Virus record (IMG/VR): IMGVR_UViG_3300005713_000009
Location: 1 to 39,291 of that record
DNA from: a virus
Taxonomy: Duplodnaviria > Caudoviricetes
DNA: 39,291 nt
Strand: one strand, 5' to 3'
Part shown: positions 7,255 to 16,723 of the stretch, in pieces
Position numbering within the stretch: position 1 is the stretch's first letter
How the letters are laid out: the number at the start of each line of letters is the position of its first letter
Notes under the pieces: generated by a model
What the model saw: only the letters and a program-made list of their open reading frames with translations
Database searches by the model: none
Told to the model about the DNA's origin: nothing
Translations under genes and position numbers: made by a program

Positions 7255-7629
7255 ATGAGTATCGCAAATTTGCGCGAATTGGCAAAACGTCGCCAAGTTC
7301 CGACCGTCAATGAAGTTGAAGCAGCGCTCGCAGAGCATGATGAGGCTCTTCGGATCTCTGCTGATAGTCGCGCGAGACTGCTAGAAGAAAATCAAAAACT
7401 GCGAAATGAACTCGCAGCCGCCGTCGATCGCGCCGAGAAAGCCGAGGCGCAGGCGGCAGCAATGCGCGCGGCGTTGGAAAAGGTGGAATGGCTGTGGATT
7501 GGCACGAGCAATCAGGCCGGGATGACGGAATTGATTTGCCCGTGGTGCAAGAATTCCCCCGACTCAACCGGGGTTGAGTATTCAAAGAGAGGCCACAAGC
7601 CCGACTGCAAGCGCCAACGCGCTCTATGA
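7255..7629 (+). CDS. Coiled-coil protein with C-terminal CPWC..H..DC Zn motif
   Basis: AGGTG SD; last gene of the early operon. Confidence 0.7.
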   Translation: MSIANLRELAKRRQVPTVNEVEAALAEHDEALRISADSRARLLEENQKLRNELAAAVDRAEKAEAQAAAMRAALEKVEWLWIGTSNQAGMTELICPWCKNSPDSTGVEYSKRGHKPDCKRQRAL

Positions 7630-7745
7630 TAGTCGTACTTCAGAGAATGATTCCGGCGATTGATTGACGCTGCTGCCTGCTACCTACTATTCTTCTTATC
7701 TTCCAGGCATACCGATATTTTTTGCAGCCCGTTTGAGGCAGACGC

Positions 7746-7763
7746 AAAAAGGGCCAATGGCCC
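7746..7763 (-). terminator. Intrinsic terminator for late transcription
   Basis: Minus strand reads GGGCC-ATT-GGCCC-TTTTT. Confidence 0.55.
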
Positions 7764-7765
7764 AA

Positions 7766-7808
7766 GAAGCCGCCAGCGACTTTCGAGTTACTGGCGGCTT
7801 CCCTTTTT
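7766..7808 (+). terminator. Intrinsic terminator of the early operon
   Basis: GAAGCCGCCAG...TTCG...CTGGCGGCTTC long stem followed by CCTTTTT. Confidence 0.75.
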
Positions 7809-7834
7809 CCCACATAACAACTATTATCGGACGC
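7807..7834 (-). other. dif-like XerC/XerD recombination site
   Basis: Minus strand reads GCGTCCGATAA-TAGTTG-TTATGTGGGAA, the 11-6-11 layout of E. coli dif (GGTGCGCATAA-TGTATA-TTATGTTAAAT). Confidence 0.55.
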
Positions 7835-7867
7835 GATTGATATAGCCCGACTTATGAGCTTTATTCA

Positions 7868-8617
7868 TCATCTGACCCTGCCCTCGATCCAAATAGACCC
7901 GCTCCATAGCTTGAGCAGCGGCGTCATTTCAGCTATGCGCCCGGCGACGTCGAAGAGCCCTATCAACCCGCGCGGAATCGCCGGATGCAGAAAGTCTCTC
8001 ATCGCCAGCTTTTCCACCGCATAGCCCGAATCCTCGAAGACCTCGCGCAATTCCTCGGGATGGAAAGCCATCTCATCAGGGCTGATGCCTCGCGCCTTTC
8101 GTTTTTCCAGGTCGGCAACGAAGTTATAGTATTTGTTGATCGGATTCAGAATGTTCGGCTCTGAGAATGCGAATCGTGCGCCCGGCTTGCACTTCCATCG
8201 CAATGCGCAAAGGGCGGCAGGCAGATTCAGGTGATGGAGCACTGAGACGCCGAGGATCGCGTCAAAATAGCCATCTTTCAATTGAGTCGGATTCTCAAGA
8301 TCGTCTTCGACAAATGAAAGGCCGGGATTCGAGCATTGCCGCCTTGCCTGCTGCAAGAGGTCGGGCGAGATGTCCACTGCCGTGATCTCGGCGCCGCTTC
8401 GCGCGAGCTCTCGAGAGAAAAGGCCTAGACCGCATCCGCACTCGAGGGCGCGCATGCCTGGCCGCAAATCGCAGGCCTCGATGAGCCACTCGACGCGCCG
8501 CCTGACGCGCTCTTTGCCTGCGGGAGTTCCCCACCCCCATATTTCGCTCGCTCCCCCGGCAAGGAGCAATTTGCCGTGTTCGCGCTCCGCTTCGATGTTG
8601 CCGCCTCGTGATTTCAT
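7868..8617 (-). CDS. Class I SAM-dependent methyltransferase (small-molecule or glycan type, not a DNA MTase)
   Basis: ALECGCGLG motif I, AVDIS motif II, FDAI...VLHH and EPN motifs. Confidence 0.9.
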   Translation of the reverse strand: MKSRGGNIEAEREHGKLLLAGGASEIWGWGTPAGKERVRRRVEWLIEACDLRPGMRALECGCGLGLFSRELARSGAEITAVDISPDLLQQARRQCSNPGLSFVEDDLENPTQLKDGYFDAILGVSVLHHLNLPAALCALRWKCKPGARFAFSEPNILNPINKYYNFVADLEKRKARGISPDEMAFHPEELREVFEDSGYAVEKLAMRDFLHPAIPRGLIGLFDVAGRIAEMTPLLKLWSGSIWIEGRVR

Positions 8618-8628
8618 GGGCCGAGATT

Positions 8629-10203
8629 CTACGCTTCCTTAATCCTGAAGGAAATATCAACCGCGCAGCTTGAATCGGCTTCCCACCTGAGATTCGAGTC
8701 GAAGTAACAGACGATCCATTTCTTTCTCAAGCGATCGAGCAAGATGAATCGCTTCCCCGGATAATAGAACTCCCAAAAAGCGAGCGCCCGCTCCAGATCG
8801 GCGAGGTCTTTGTTGATGAAAGAGACCTCGCGCGTCTGGAATGAGAGACCGTCTTTATCTTTGACCCGGCTCGTGCGCGTGCGGTCCTCGGCAGTCTCGA
8901 TGATCGCGGTTTTTTGATGCTCCGCAGTGATCGGCGCCGAAGGATCATCGAAGACGAACCCCTCGAGGATCTCAATATCGCGCGTCGCCACAAATCCCCC
9001 GCCCGATGCCGTGATGCGGATCTTGCGATCGACGCCCCCGGCCTGAATCCATTTCCCTGTCGCCGGATCAATTCCGCTCTCTGCGCCCTTCGGCGCGATC
9101 CAGAATCCGGTAATAGCATTTATCTTGCCGTCGCCGGCAGTCCATGCCGGGTTTGGAATATTCGTGGACAGATCGACTGCCTGGCCAGGCGCGACCGCGG
9201 TGTATGCGGGATTGATCACTGCCGGCACGGTGATTGTCAGGTCGGCGATTGAATTCGTGACGGCGGACGTCGCCCTTATGACTGAAGTTCCGGGCGTAGT
9301 CGGCGCCGTGTATTCGCCGAGATTGAGCGACCCGCCTCCGGAAAAGATTGAGAGCGCCACGATCGTATTTTGCGCGTCGTCATAGTTCGTCTTCGGCCTG
9401 ATTCGGGCGCCTGGCTGGAGCGTAATCGCATTCTCGCCGAGGATCTTGAGCGGCGGCGTCGACATCAGCGCGATTGCCCGCTGAATATTATTCGGGTCCT
9501 GTCCGGAGGCGAGAGATGCGAGCAGCAGATAATCGCCGGGCGCGGGCGAGCCTGTATATTCGATCTTCGTCGGCGAGATCAGCGCCGTCGAGCCGCCCCC
9601 ACCGATTATGAAGACGACCGGAGCGTTAGGATCTATTCTCCAATCCCCGATGAGCGCGGGCGGCGCGATCGCCGGACTGCCGCCGACAACGGGCGTCAAG
9701 AGTGAGGCCGTGTATGTGCATGGAAAAGAAATCGCGGGCGTGCCGGTTCGCGCGAAGAGCTGGCCGAATCCGCTCACTGTCAGCCGGAAGAAATCCCCGA
9801 TATAAACACTAAAAACATCGCCCGTCGTCGGGGTGTAAGATTGCGTGAAGAGCGTGATGCTCGCCTCATCCTTGATGATGATCTGGGAGCTCGTAATCTG
9901 GACCTGAAATTTGAGCGAGCCGCTCGAGTTCGAAACCGTATAAGTGAGCGCGCCCGTGCTCGTCGGCTTCTGATTATCGTTGATCGTCCACTCGAGGCGC
10001 CCGCCCGCGCTATAGAGCGCATTGCCCGATAGCCCTGAGACCGTTCCCGGCGCCGTGACGATCTGAAGGCGAGAGTCGGTCTGTATCTGCCCGTTCGAGA
10101 TCGTGTGCCATAGCGGCGGGGGTGGAAACGCCTCGATCGAGACGATCTGCTTATCTTGAGGCAAGACGGTAATCCCTGCCGGCTTGAGTTGTATTCTGCT
10201 CAT
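8629..10203 (-). CDS. Tail protein with beta-rich/Ig-like domains and a C-terminal distal-tail-like domain
   Basis: Ig-like GxYTAP..GT..IRATS repeats; C-terminal AFWEFYYPGKRFILLD..VCYFDS resembles gpM/Dit-type domains. Confidence 0.6.
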   Translation of the reverse strand: MSRIQLKPAGITVLPQDKQIVSIEAFPPPPLWHTISNGQIQTDSRLQIVTAPGTVSGLSGNALYSAGGRLEWTINDNQKPTSTGALTYTVSNSSGSLKFQVQITSSQIIIKDEASITLFTQSYTPTTGDVFSVYIGDFFRLTVSGFGQLFARTGTPAISFPCTYTASLLTPVVGGSPAIAPPALIGDWRIDPNAPVVFIIGGGGSTALISPTKIEYTGSPAPGDYLLLASLASGQDPNNIQRAIALMSTPPLKILGENAITLQPGARIRPKTNYDDAQNTIVALSIFSGGGSLNLGEYTAPTTPGTSVIRATSAVTNSIADLTITVPAVINPAYTAVAPGQAVDLSTNIPNPAWTAGDGKINAITGFWIAPKGAESGIDPATGKWIQAGGVDRKIRITASGGGFVATRDIEILEGFVFDDPSAPITAEHQKTAIIETAEDRTRTSRVKDKDGLSFQTREVSFINKDLADLERALAFWEFYYPGKRFILLDRLRKKWIVCYFDSNLRWEADSSCAVDISFRIKEA

Positions 10204-11642
10204 GGCGTCAATGCTCCCTGTCTCGGCCCGTGCGCGATATCGCTATAGAGCGCCGTGTCAATCCGCTGCAATGTGAAATCGCTCCTGTCTGCGCCGTCTT
10301 CGCCGCTCACGAGATTCGCCGAGAGCACGAGGCAGAGCTGATAATCCCAATCGAGCAGCGAATGAGTGACCATCACGAATCGGCCCGGGAGTATATGCGC
10401 CGAGGATTCATCCCCGCTGAGCGTGCAAATCACCGGGTTGTCGCACTCTAAGCGCTTCCAGCGATCCGCGATCCGCTGCGCCTGCGATTGATTCATATTC
10501 GGCAGCGTGCGGACCTCTTTCACTTCCCCGACCTGCTTGATCAGATCGAGCGCGCGAACTGGAGGCGTCGCCGCGAATCCTAAATAGGTGTCATCAAGAT
10601 CGCGATACCTGGCGACTAACACATTAGGCTGAGTGCGAAGATCGCGCGGTTCTGCCGATGGCGCGCCGACGATGTTCAATTCGTTGAACCAATGAATCGG
10701 CGTCTGATCGGCCGGGGAATAAAAAACAAACCGCTCGCCGTCGAACTGCCACCACGCGCCGCAACTGGCGCATATCCGATCGAGGGCGTCGGCGAGCGAG
10801 AGATCGTCCGTGAATGCGATATGGCATTCGAAGCGAGGAATTGAAACAACCGACGTTCCGTTATCCCATGAGATCGCCTGGGCGTTGAATTTCGCCCAAT
10901 CATCTACCGACTGCCAATCTACCTTTTCGAGAAGTTTCGTTTGAGCGAGTGCGATATTGTCGCGATGTTTGAACTCATAGTAAGCCCTGATCCGGTCTAT
11001 GGCGACATATGCCGGATTCGTCGAATAGGCATTCGTGGCAATGACGTTGCCCGAGCCATCATAGGTGTTGATTCGGCGCCCTTTATATCTGCCCTTGATT
11101 TTATCCGGTCTGTTCTCCGAGGCCCTCGAATCCGACAATCTGACTGCGATATAACAGGTCCCCGAATAGGCAAGCCCATTTGGGAGAAACGCGTCAACCT
11201 GCTGAGGCCCGCTCGATACGCCCGTGCTGATGAATCCATTGTAAAAGCGATAGCCGTCAGTCGAGCCGTTGGGCGAGACTGAGAGCGCATCGCCGGCATA
11301 ATAGACGGCGAGCGCGGCCTCGCATTCGCCGTGCTGGCCGAGATTTCCCTGCCCTTCGCCTAGCCCGATTAAGGCAATGAGCACGTCAGGCACGCCGGGG
11401 GTGAATTTCCGCACGAGCTCGGTTCCGGCGATCACATGCTCGCCGTAGAAAATCGCGAGCTTTCCGCCGCCTTCCGCGGTGTAGTCTTCGATGAGTTGCG
11501 CGCTCGCTTCGGCAGCGGCAGAAGTCGAGCCCCCGCTCACGTCGCCTGGATCAATCGCGGGCGAGGCGCCGGACTGAGCCGGCCCCGGCTGGAAGCTCTC
11601 AAAAGGGTCAATCCCCTCGAAATCTGACTGTTGAAAGGCCAT
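10200..11642 (-). CDS. Tail tip / hub protein (gpJ- or GTA tail-like)
   Basis: IFYGEHVIAG, YSGTCYIAV, STNPA, N.LVARYRD, SQAQRIA and PG.FV.V motifs. Confidence 0.75.
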   Translation of the reverse strand: MAFQQSDFEGIDPFESFQPGPAQSGASPAIDPGDVSGGSTSAAAEASAQLIEDYTAEGGGKLAIFYGEHVIAGTELVRKFTPGVPDVLIALIGLGEGQGNLGQHGECEAALAVYYAGDALSVSPNGSTDGYRFYNGFISTGVSSGPQQVDAFLPNGLAYSGTCYIAVRLSDSRASENRPDKIKGRYKGRRINTYDGSGNVIATNAYSTNPAYVAIDRIRAYYEFKHRDNIALAQTKLLEKVDWQSVDDWAKFNAQAISWDNGTSVVSIPRFECHIAFTDDLSLADALDRICASCGAWWQFDGERFVFYSPADQTPIHWFNELNIVGAPSAEPRDLRTQPNVLVARYRDLDDTYLGFAATPPVRALDLIKQVGEVKEVRTLPNMNQSQAQRIADRWKRLECDNPVICTLSGDESSAHILPGRFVMVTHSLLDWDYQLCLVLSANLVSGEDGADRSDFTLQRIDTALYSDIAHGPRQGALTP

Positions 11643-11643
11643 C

Positions 11644-12294
11644 TTATAAAGTCTTCAGCCGATTCTGACTATTGAGAAAGGCCATGCCGCCGTTCTTGGC
11701 TAGATTGTCGTTTCCACTGTGGCGCGCCGAGCAGCCGTCCGCGTGATTGAGCAAAAGATTGCAGGTTGCAAGTGTGCTAGTTGATTGACAGGTAGAAAGG
11801 TCTTTGTAGATCCACTGGCAAATCGGACTGACGCTCCGAGATGCTCCGACCGAAATATTCGCATAGGCCTCAGAGACGGCGGCGAGCCTTACCGCATCCT
11901 CCGCGACTCGAAAGCCGACGACAGGCCCGGTCAAAAAGACTTTATGGCCCTCGAATCCGCTCATAAGATCGCGCTCGTATCGTCCGAGCTGAAACTCGGC
12001 GCCGAAGATCGCCGAGCCGAGCGAGAGAAATTCGAGCCCGATCGCGGAATCCGCGTTAAATAGTTCCGCCGTCGCCTGATCGGCCGCGCGCGAAAGCGAG
12101 GCCCTGATCTGATCGCCCCGGCGCAAGAGCGGCAGCCAGGTGACGTTTTGCAGCAGCAGGCGGGCAGTCGCAAAATAGTAAGTGCGAATAATTGAGGGCG
12201 TCTCGACCGAGATTTTCAGAGTCGAGTGAGACTCGATCTGTTTATCTCTTCGCTTCGAAAGCTCGATCCACCCCGATGGCATTTTTCTCGACAT
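11644..12294 (-). CDS. Minor tail protein (gpL / baseplate-hub-like, C-terminal Cys cluster)
   Basis: CQWIY....C....C......C..RH..N..GG pattern; directly after the tape measure gene. Confidence 0.7.
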   Translation of the reverse strand: MSRKMPSGWIELSKRRDKQIESHSTLKISVETPSIIRTYYFATARLLLQNVTWLPLLRRGDQIRASLSRAADQATAELFNADSAIGLEFLSLGSAIFGAEFQLGRYERDLMSGFEGHKVFLTGPVVGFRVAEDAVRLAAVSEAYANISVGASRSVSPICQWIYKDLSTCQSTSTLATCNLLLNHADGCSARHSGNDNLAKNGGMAFLNSQNRLKTL

Positions 12295-12295
12295 A

Positions 12296-15259
12296 TCAGA
12301 GTTCCCTGTTGAGTCGCGCCGTTTGAATTTGCTTGACGACGACAGAGCGCCCCTTTTCGCCGCTCCCGCCCGCGACAAACACATCTTCCGCGCTGATGCC
12401 GATGACGAGCTTTTCGATAATGATGTCGCCGCCCATATCGAGCCCCCGGCCCATTGTCCCGCCCTGATCGAAATTGGCATTCTGCCTGACGCCCGGCACT
12501 CCGGCGCGCTCGAAGATATTCGCCCCCGCGATCGAGCGCATGATTGCCTGCTGCTGCAAATTCACTATCTTTTCGCCACGATGCAGGAACGCGAGGCCGC
12601 CTATCGTCGTGCCGCCGGTTGCGAATTCGGGGATGAGGCGCGCATCAATGGCCGCGTTTTGCCTTAGCCTTGCCTGCTGCGCGAGCGCCCCGGGCAGGCG
12701 CGATTCGAAGACGTTGCGCAGATCGTTGACTTGATTGTTGAGCCTCGACTGAACCACGGATTTAGTCTTGAGCGTTTTGATCTGCTGTATGAACTGCTGA
12801 AGAATCTGATTCTCGAAGATTGCCGTTGCCTGGCTGCCGCTGATCGAGCCGCTCGAGACCTGGGACATCAGTTGCTCTATGGACGCGAGCGCCTGCGAGA
12901 GAAATTCCCCTGACACCCGTTCGTCGTTTTTGCGCTGGCTTGCCTTGCCGAGAAAGAAACTGCCGATCAGCAGCGGCGCGGCGAGAATCGGATTGAACGC
13001 CGCGAGCGCTCCGCCGATTCCGCCGAGGATCTTGCCGGCTGTGGACGTCCCGCCGAGTGATGAGCCGAATGATAGGCCGAGCAGCGGCGCCGCGCTGGCG
13101 AATGATCTGCCGAGCGCGCCGAATGAGAAGCCGCCGGATGAAACGCCAGGGGCCGTGGCGGCGGCCGCGCGGCCGCCGCCACCGAATAGATTTAATGCGT
13201 TGCCTATGGCACTACCGGCAGTGGATCCGGCCGCCGATATTGCGCTGACTGACGGGGGCGCCGTAATCCCGCTCCCGGCGAACGCGGATGAGAATAGCCC
13301 TGAAGCGCCGCCGAGCAATGGCCCGATCGTCTGCCGCACGAGGTTCTGGAGCGCAGACCCGAGCAAGTCGTTGAAGAAACCGAGGACGGCCTGCTTGAGA
13401 CTATTGAAAAGGTCGCGCACGTTGCCGAATGCGCGCGCGACGTTGGCGCCGAATCGGTCGAAGGCGTCGCCGACGCTCTCGACCTGGCTGTTGAAGCCGC
13501 GCATGAAGCGCTCGGTATTCGAAATCGAGACGCTCAAACGATCCATCAGTTCTATTTCATCGCGCAAATCGTCGAGCTTGTCCGGCGAGACATTCGGCAG
13601 GGCCTCGCGCAATTGGCCGGCAAGTCTGCCCGCGGCGCCCTGCCTCAAAAGCTCGGCCTCGCCGGCCGTGATCCGGCCGCGCGCGATGGCGTCTTCGATG
13701 AAAGCTCCCGAACGGCCGAAGCCTCGGCGAGACGTGCGCAGCAGGGCCTCGGCCTCCGCGCGCCTCGTATTCTGTTCGAGCCTGGCCGTTTCGATGTCTA
13801 TCTTGCGAATGCGCTCGGCCTGAGCCACGTTGAATCCCGCCAGTTGTCGGTCGCGCGGCTCCCTGCGAATATTTTCAATATTGGCGCCGGTAATTATGTT
13901 CGAAATCTCTTCAAGGTCTTTGAGCGTCGAATCGGCGAAGTCTTCGATTATTGCGTCCCGGATCTTTTCCCGCATGTCCTTGATTTCCTGCGCCCGCTTC
14001 CTGGCCTCGGCCGAGACTGCCGCGGACCTACCGCCGCCGGCGCCGCCTCCCCCGCCGCCGCCCCCGGCTGCGGACTTCCCGCCACCCCTGAGCTCGCCCA
14101 GCGCGTTGATGGTCGCAATGAAGTTGGAGAGTCTGCTGTCTGGCTTGGTCAGCTTTCGCTCGGCTTCGATAGCGGCGAGCTGGCGCTCGAATTCCAGAAG
14201 TTTCGGTCCCTTTTCGAAGGTGAACAAGTTCCCCCCGCTAGAGTCTACGATGTCCTGAAATTCGGCGGCGGCCCTGCCCAAAAATTCGGGGATCTTCAGT
14301 TTTAGCGCGAGCTCGCCGAGCGAGATAGTCGCCTTGCCCATTTCGACTGTCATCTGCGCGATCTGCTTCGTCGAGGCGATGATGTCGTTTCTATTGTCAC
14401 GAAAAACCTCGGCCGAGGTAGCGCCATATTCTTTGACTGATTTTATCAGCTCGTCGAAAGTGGGGATTAAGATTTTGGCGATTTGTTCCCCGACCGGCGC
14501 GAGCGCGACCTCGAGGCGATCTTTCAATTTGTCGAACTGCCCGCCGATCGTCTCAACCGCGTTTTTCAGCGCGGAGTTTGTTTCGGCGGCCTTCACGAGT
14601 TCCTCGGCGAGCTTTTCGACGGTAGTGACGCCGAGGCGCTTCGCCGCCGCGCGAATCGCTTCGGCGTTCGTCGGATTATCGACATTGAAGATTTGCGCGA
14701 GCAGTTTGCCGGCGATCGGCGATTGCCCGACAAGTTCCTTCAGATCGGCGCGCTCAAAGTTTTGGCTGATGAGCTGGGTCAGGTTGTTTACGAACTGTCG
14801 AGGATCGCCGAGCGGGCTTATCGCATTCAATCTGCCGACCACGGGCAGTAATTTATTGATCGTCTGAGTGCTAACGTTGAAGACGCGCAACTGAGCATCG
14901 AGCGTCGTGGCGAGAGATGTTGTTAGCCCCGGTGTTTGCTGAGCGATCTTGAAGAGCTCTTGAAATCGCCTCGTGGCGGCCTCGGCTGAGCCCGTGAGCG
15001 CCTTAAGTGAGCTCACCTGACGATCGACATTGATCGCGGCCCGCAGCGCGAATTCGCCGAATTGCTTGAGCGCCGTGACGGCGGCGGCAATACCGAGCGC
15101 GTTGAGCGCGGTCCGCAGATCGCCGAGCGATGAGCGAAGTCTGCCGGCGCTCCCCGTGCTCGAATCAATCGCGCTTTTGAATTCGCGCTCGAACTTTTTA
15201 AGGTTCGCGTCGGCCTGCTTCGAGTCGACGACAATCTCGATTTTGATTGTTCTCGCCAT
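12296..15259 (-). CDS. Tail tape measure protein
   Basis: 987 aa, Ala/Gly-rich and helical; tape-measure N-terminus and C-terminal FATGG..GGLAFLHRGE motif. Confidence 0.9.
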   Translation of the reverse strand: MARTIKIEIVVDSKQADANLKKFEREFKSAIDSSTGSAGRLRSSLGDLRTALNALGIAAAVTALKQFGEFALRAAINVDRQVSSLKALTGSAEAATRRFQELFKIAQQTPGLTTSLATTLDAQLRVFNVSTQTINKLLPVVGRLNAISPLGDPRQFVNNLTQLISQNFERADLKELVGQSPIAGKLLAQIFNVDNPTNAEAIRAAAKRLGVTTVEKLAEELVKAAETNSALKNAVETIGGQFDKLKDRLEVALAPVGEQIAKILIPTFDELIKSVKEYGATSAEVFRDNRNDIIASTKQIAQMTVEMGKATISLGELALKLKIPEFLGRAAAEFQDIVDSSGGNLFTFEKGPKLLEFERQLAAIEAERKLTKPDSRLSNFIATINALGELRGGGKSAAGGGGGGGGAGGGRSAAVSAEARKRAQEIKDMREKIRDAIIEDFADSTLKDLEEISNIITGANIENIRREPRDRQLAGFNVAQAERIRKIDIETARLEQNTRRAEAEALLRTSRRGFGRSGAFIEDAIARGRITAGEAELLRQGAAGRLAGQLREALPNVSPDKLDDLRDEIELMDRLSVSISNTERFMRGFNSQVESVGDAFDRFGANVARAFGNVRDLFNSLKQAVLGFFNDLLGSALQNLVRQTIGPLLGGASGLFSSAFAGSGITAPPSVSAISAAGSTAGSAIGNALNLFGGGGRAAAATAPGVSSGGFSFGALGRSFASAAPLLGLSFGSSLGGTSTAGKILGGIGGALAAFNPILAAPLLIGSFFLGKASQRKNDERVSGEFLSQALASIEQLMSQVSSGSISGSQATAIFENQILQQFIQQIKTLKTKSVVQSRLNNQVNDLRNVFESRLPGALAQQARLRQNAAIDARLIPEFATGGTTIGGLAFLHRGEKIVNLQQQAIMRSIAGANIFERAGVPGVRQNANFDQGGTMGRGLDMGGDIIIEKLVIGISAEDVFVAGGSGEKGRSVVVKQIQTARLNREL

Positions 15260-15266
15260 GCGCCCG

Positions 15267-15295
15267 AGTATCCCCCAGGCCCGCCATTTATTTTT
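15267..15295 (-). promoter_or_regulatory. Late promoter motif (tape measure gene)
   Basis: AAAAATAAAT-N13-GATACT-N7-ATG. Confidence 0.6.
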
Positions 15296-15353
15296 CGCCC
15301 GGGTTGGGGCAGAATTCCCGCCGACACCCCTTTAATTTCGGGAGACAGAGACC

Positions 15354-15545
15354 ATGAAAATATTCACCGCTTGTTTGATGGCCGGCTGCCTGGGCTTTCT
15401 GATTTATGCGATCACTATGGCTCTGCACGGCTTTATAGTGCGCACGGCCTTTATGCTCTTTATGTCCGGGCTGTGCCTCATCGGGTTTGCGATCGCCTAT
15501 TTCATCAGCCGCGCGAGGTCATCCGCGCATCATTCGCGCTTCTAG
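15354..15545 (+). CDS. Small two-TM membrane protein (moron-like, opposite orientation to the late genes)
   Basis: GGGAG SD; two hydrophobic helices; inserted between the tail chaperone genes and the tape measure gene. Confidence 0.6.
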   Translation: MKIFTACLMAGCLGFLIYAITMALHGFIVRTAFMLFMSGLCLIGFAIAYFISRARSSAHHSRF

Positions 15546-15863
15546 GGCCGCCTGCGCCGAGCCTTGCTGCTGCTCCCGCTTCCTTGATTGGAGATCCTTT
15601 TCTTGATCTTTCGCCCGGGCGTATTTCAAGGTCAGGAAGGCTTCCCACTCGAGCGGCGTGAAAAAACTCGGGTATTTGGGGGCGACATTGCTCTCAGAGA
15701 GCGCCTCGATTCGATATGCCGTGATGACGAGCTGTGCGACCCGCATCGGAATATTGCTCGGCTTCGTCGGCAGCAGGTCGCAGCCCGCGCAAATCTCCTC
15801 AATCGGCCTCGACTTGTCGCGCAGGGGTCCAGTGACGGCGCAGACCTCTTCACCCTTGCACAC
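15519..15863 (-). CDS. Tail assembly chaperone partner (lambda T-like position)
   Basis: Lies between the chaperone and tape measure genes; its frame stays open upstream into the end of the chaperone gene. Confidence 0.55.
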   Translation of the reverse strand: MCKGEEVCAVTGPLRDKSRPIEEICAGCDLLPTKPSNIPMRVAQLVITAYRIEALSESNVAPKYPSFFTPLEWEAFLTLKYARAKDQEKDLQSRKREQQQGSAQAALEARMMRG

Positions 15864-15925
15864 TTCCCCGCCCTTCCTGCGTCGCGCTTCGAAATAGCGG
15901 TCCAGATATTTTCGAAGCGCCCCCG

Positions 15926-16669
15926 TCAGTCCGATATTTGAGCCTCAAATGAACCCATGAGGGTTTGAATTACGTTGCGCTTCCAGAGTGGATCGATCGC
16001 GGCGAGAAATTCCCTGCGATTCGAGGAAGAGAAAGTTTCGCCCGCAACTGTCGCGCCTCTGATGTCCTGAATCAGCGCGTCATAAAGCGCGATATTGGGC
16101 TTGAGATGCGTCTGCACTTGCCCTTGCTCGGTCCTCGCGCCCGTGATCAACATCGTCGTTGATTTTGCCCGGTCATATTTGGCCCGCTCATCCTCGTCGG
16201 GCTCTCGCAGGATATGATAGATAATGTAATCCGGTTCCTTAGCCCATCCGATTTCCTGCCTCACGGTCCAATCGGTCGGGCCGAGGGGTACGTAATCACC
16301 TTCGCCCTCGATCACGGAGCGCGCGGCGTACATAAAAGCGATTGCGTCCGCCTTATGCGCCGGGTTGAGAATCCTCTTCATCTCGTCGGTTAGTTCCTGC
16401 CATTCATCGGAGTTCTCATACCCTCGGACGGCCTCAGCGATCTGATCCCACAGCCATATGTCTGCCGGGTTCTGATAGGTCCTGACGCCGGTCGCCCGGG
16501 AGTTGACTTTCTCCGTTTCGGTCTTGATCAGGTTCTCTCGCTTATGCAATTCATCGAGGGTCGGTGAGCGCAGGCGATGAGAGACGGTACGGGTTCCGCC
16601 CTTCCTCGTCGTGGCGGGAAAACTGACTTCATGAATCTGTTCGTCGAATTCGAATAATTGATTTTCCAT
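15926..16669 (-). CDS. Putative tail assembly chaperone
   Basis: Position upstream of the tape measure gene; ATG 16669 lies 7 nt after a -10 box; internal two-fold repeat (HRLRSPTLDE / HILREPDEDE). Confidence 0.6.
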   Translation of the reverse strand: MENQLFEFDEQIHEVSFPATTRKGGTRTVSHRLRSPTLDELHKRENLIKTETEKVNSRATGVRTYQNPADIWLWDQIAEAVRGYENSDEWQELTDEMKRILNPAHKADAIAFMYAARSVIEGEGDYVPLGPTDWTVRQEIGWAKEPDYIIYHILREPDEDERAKYDRAKSTTMLITGARTEQGQVQTHLKPNIALYDALIQDIRGATVAGETFSSSNRREFLAAIDPLWKRNVIQTLMGSFEAQISD

Positions 16670-16676
16670 GCGGCGG

Positions 16677-16705
16677 AGGATAGCGAGGACGCTGGATTTA
16701 TTTTT
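16677..16705 (-). promoter_or_regulatory. Late promoter motif (tail chaperone gene)
   Basis: AAAAATAAAT-N13-TATCCT-N7-ATG. Confidence 0.6.
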
Positions 16706-16723
16706 GCGCGTGATAGAATGAAA

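Noticed and set aside
12879-14867. Long + strand ORFs opposite the tape measure gene, and similar ones opposite MuF, portal and tail genes
   Set aside because: These are antisense shadow ORFs expected in GC-rich coding DNA; they have no SDs or recognisable motifs.
15864-15945. Lambda G/GT-type -1 frameshift in the tail chaperone
   Set aside because: The downstream ORF is in the -1 frame, but the short shared window (GAG GCT CAA ATA TCG GAC) has no X_XXY_YYZ heptamer and GTG 15863 has a plausible SD. It is unsupported, though not excluded.
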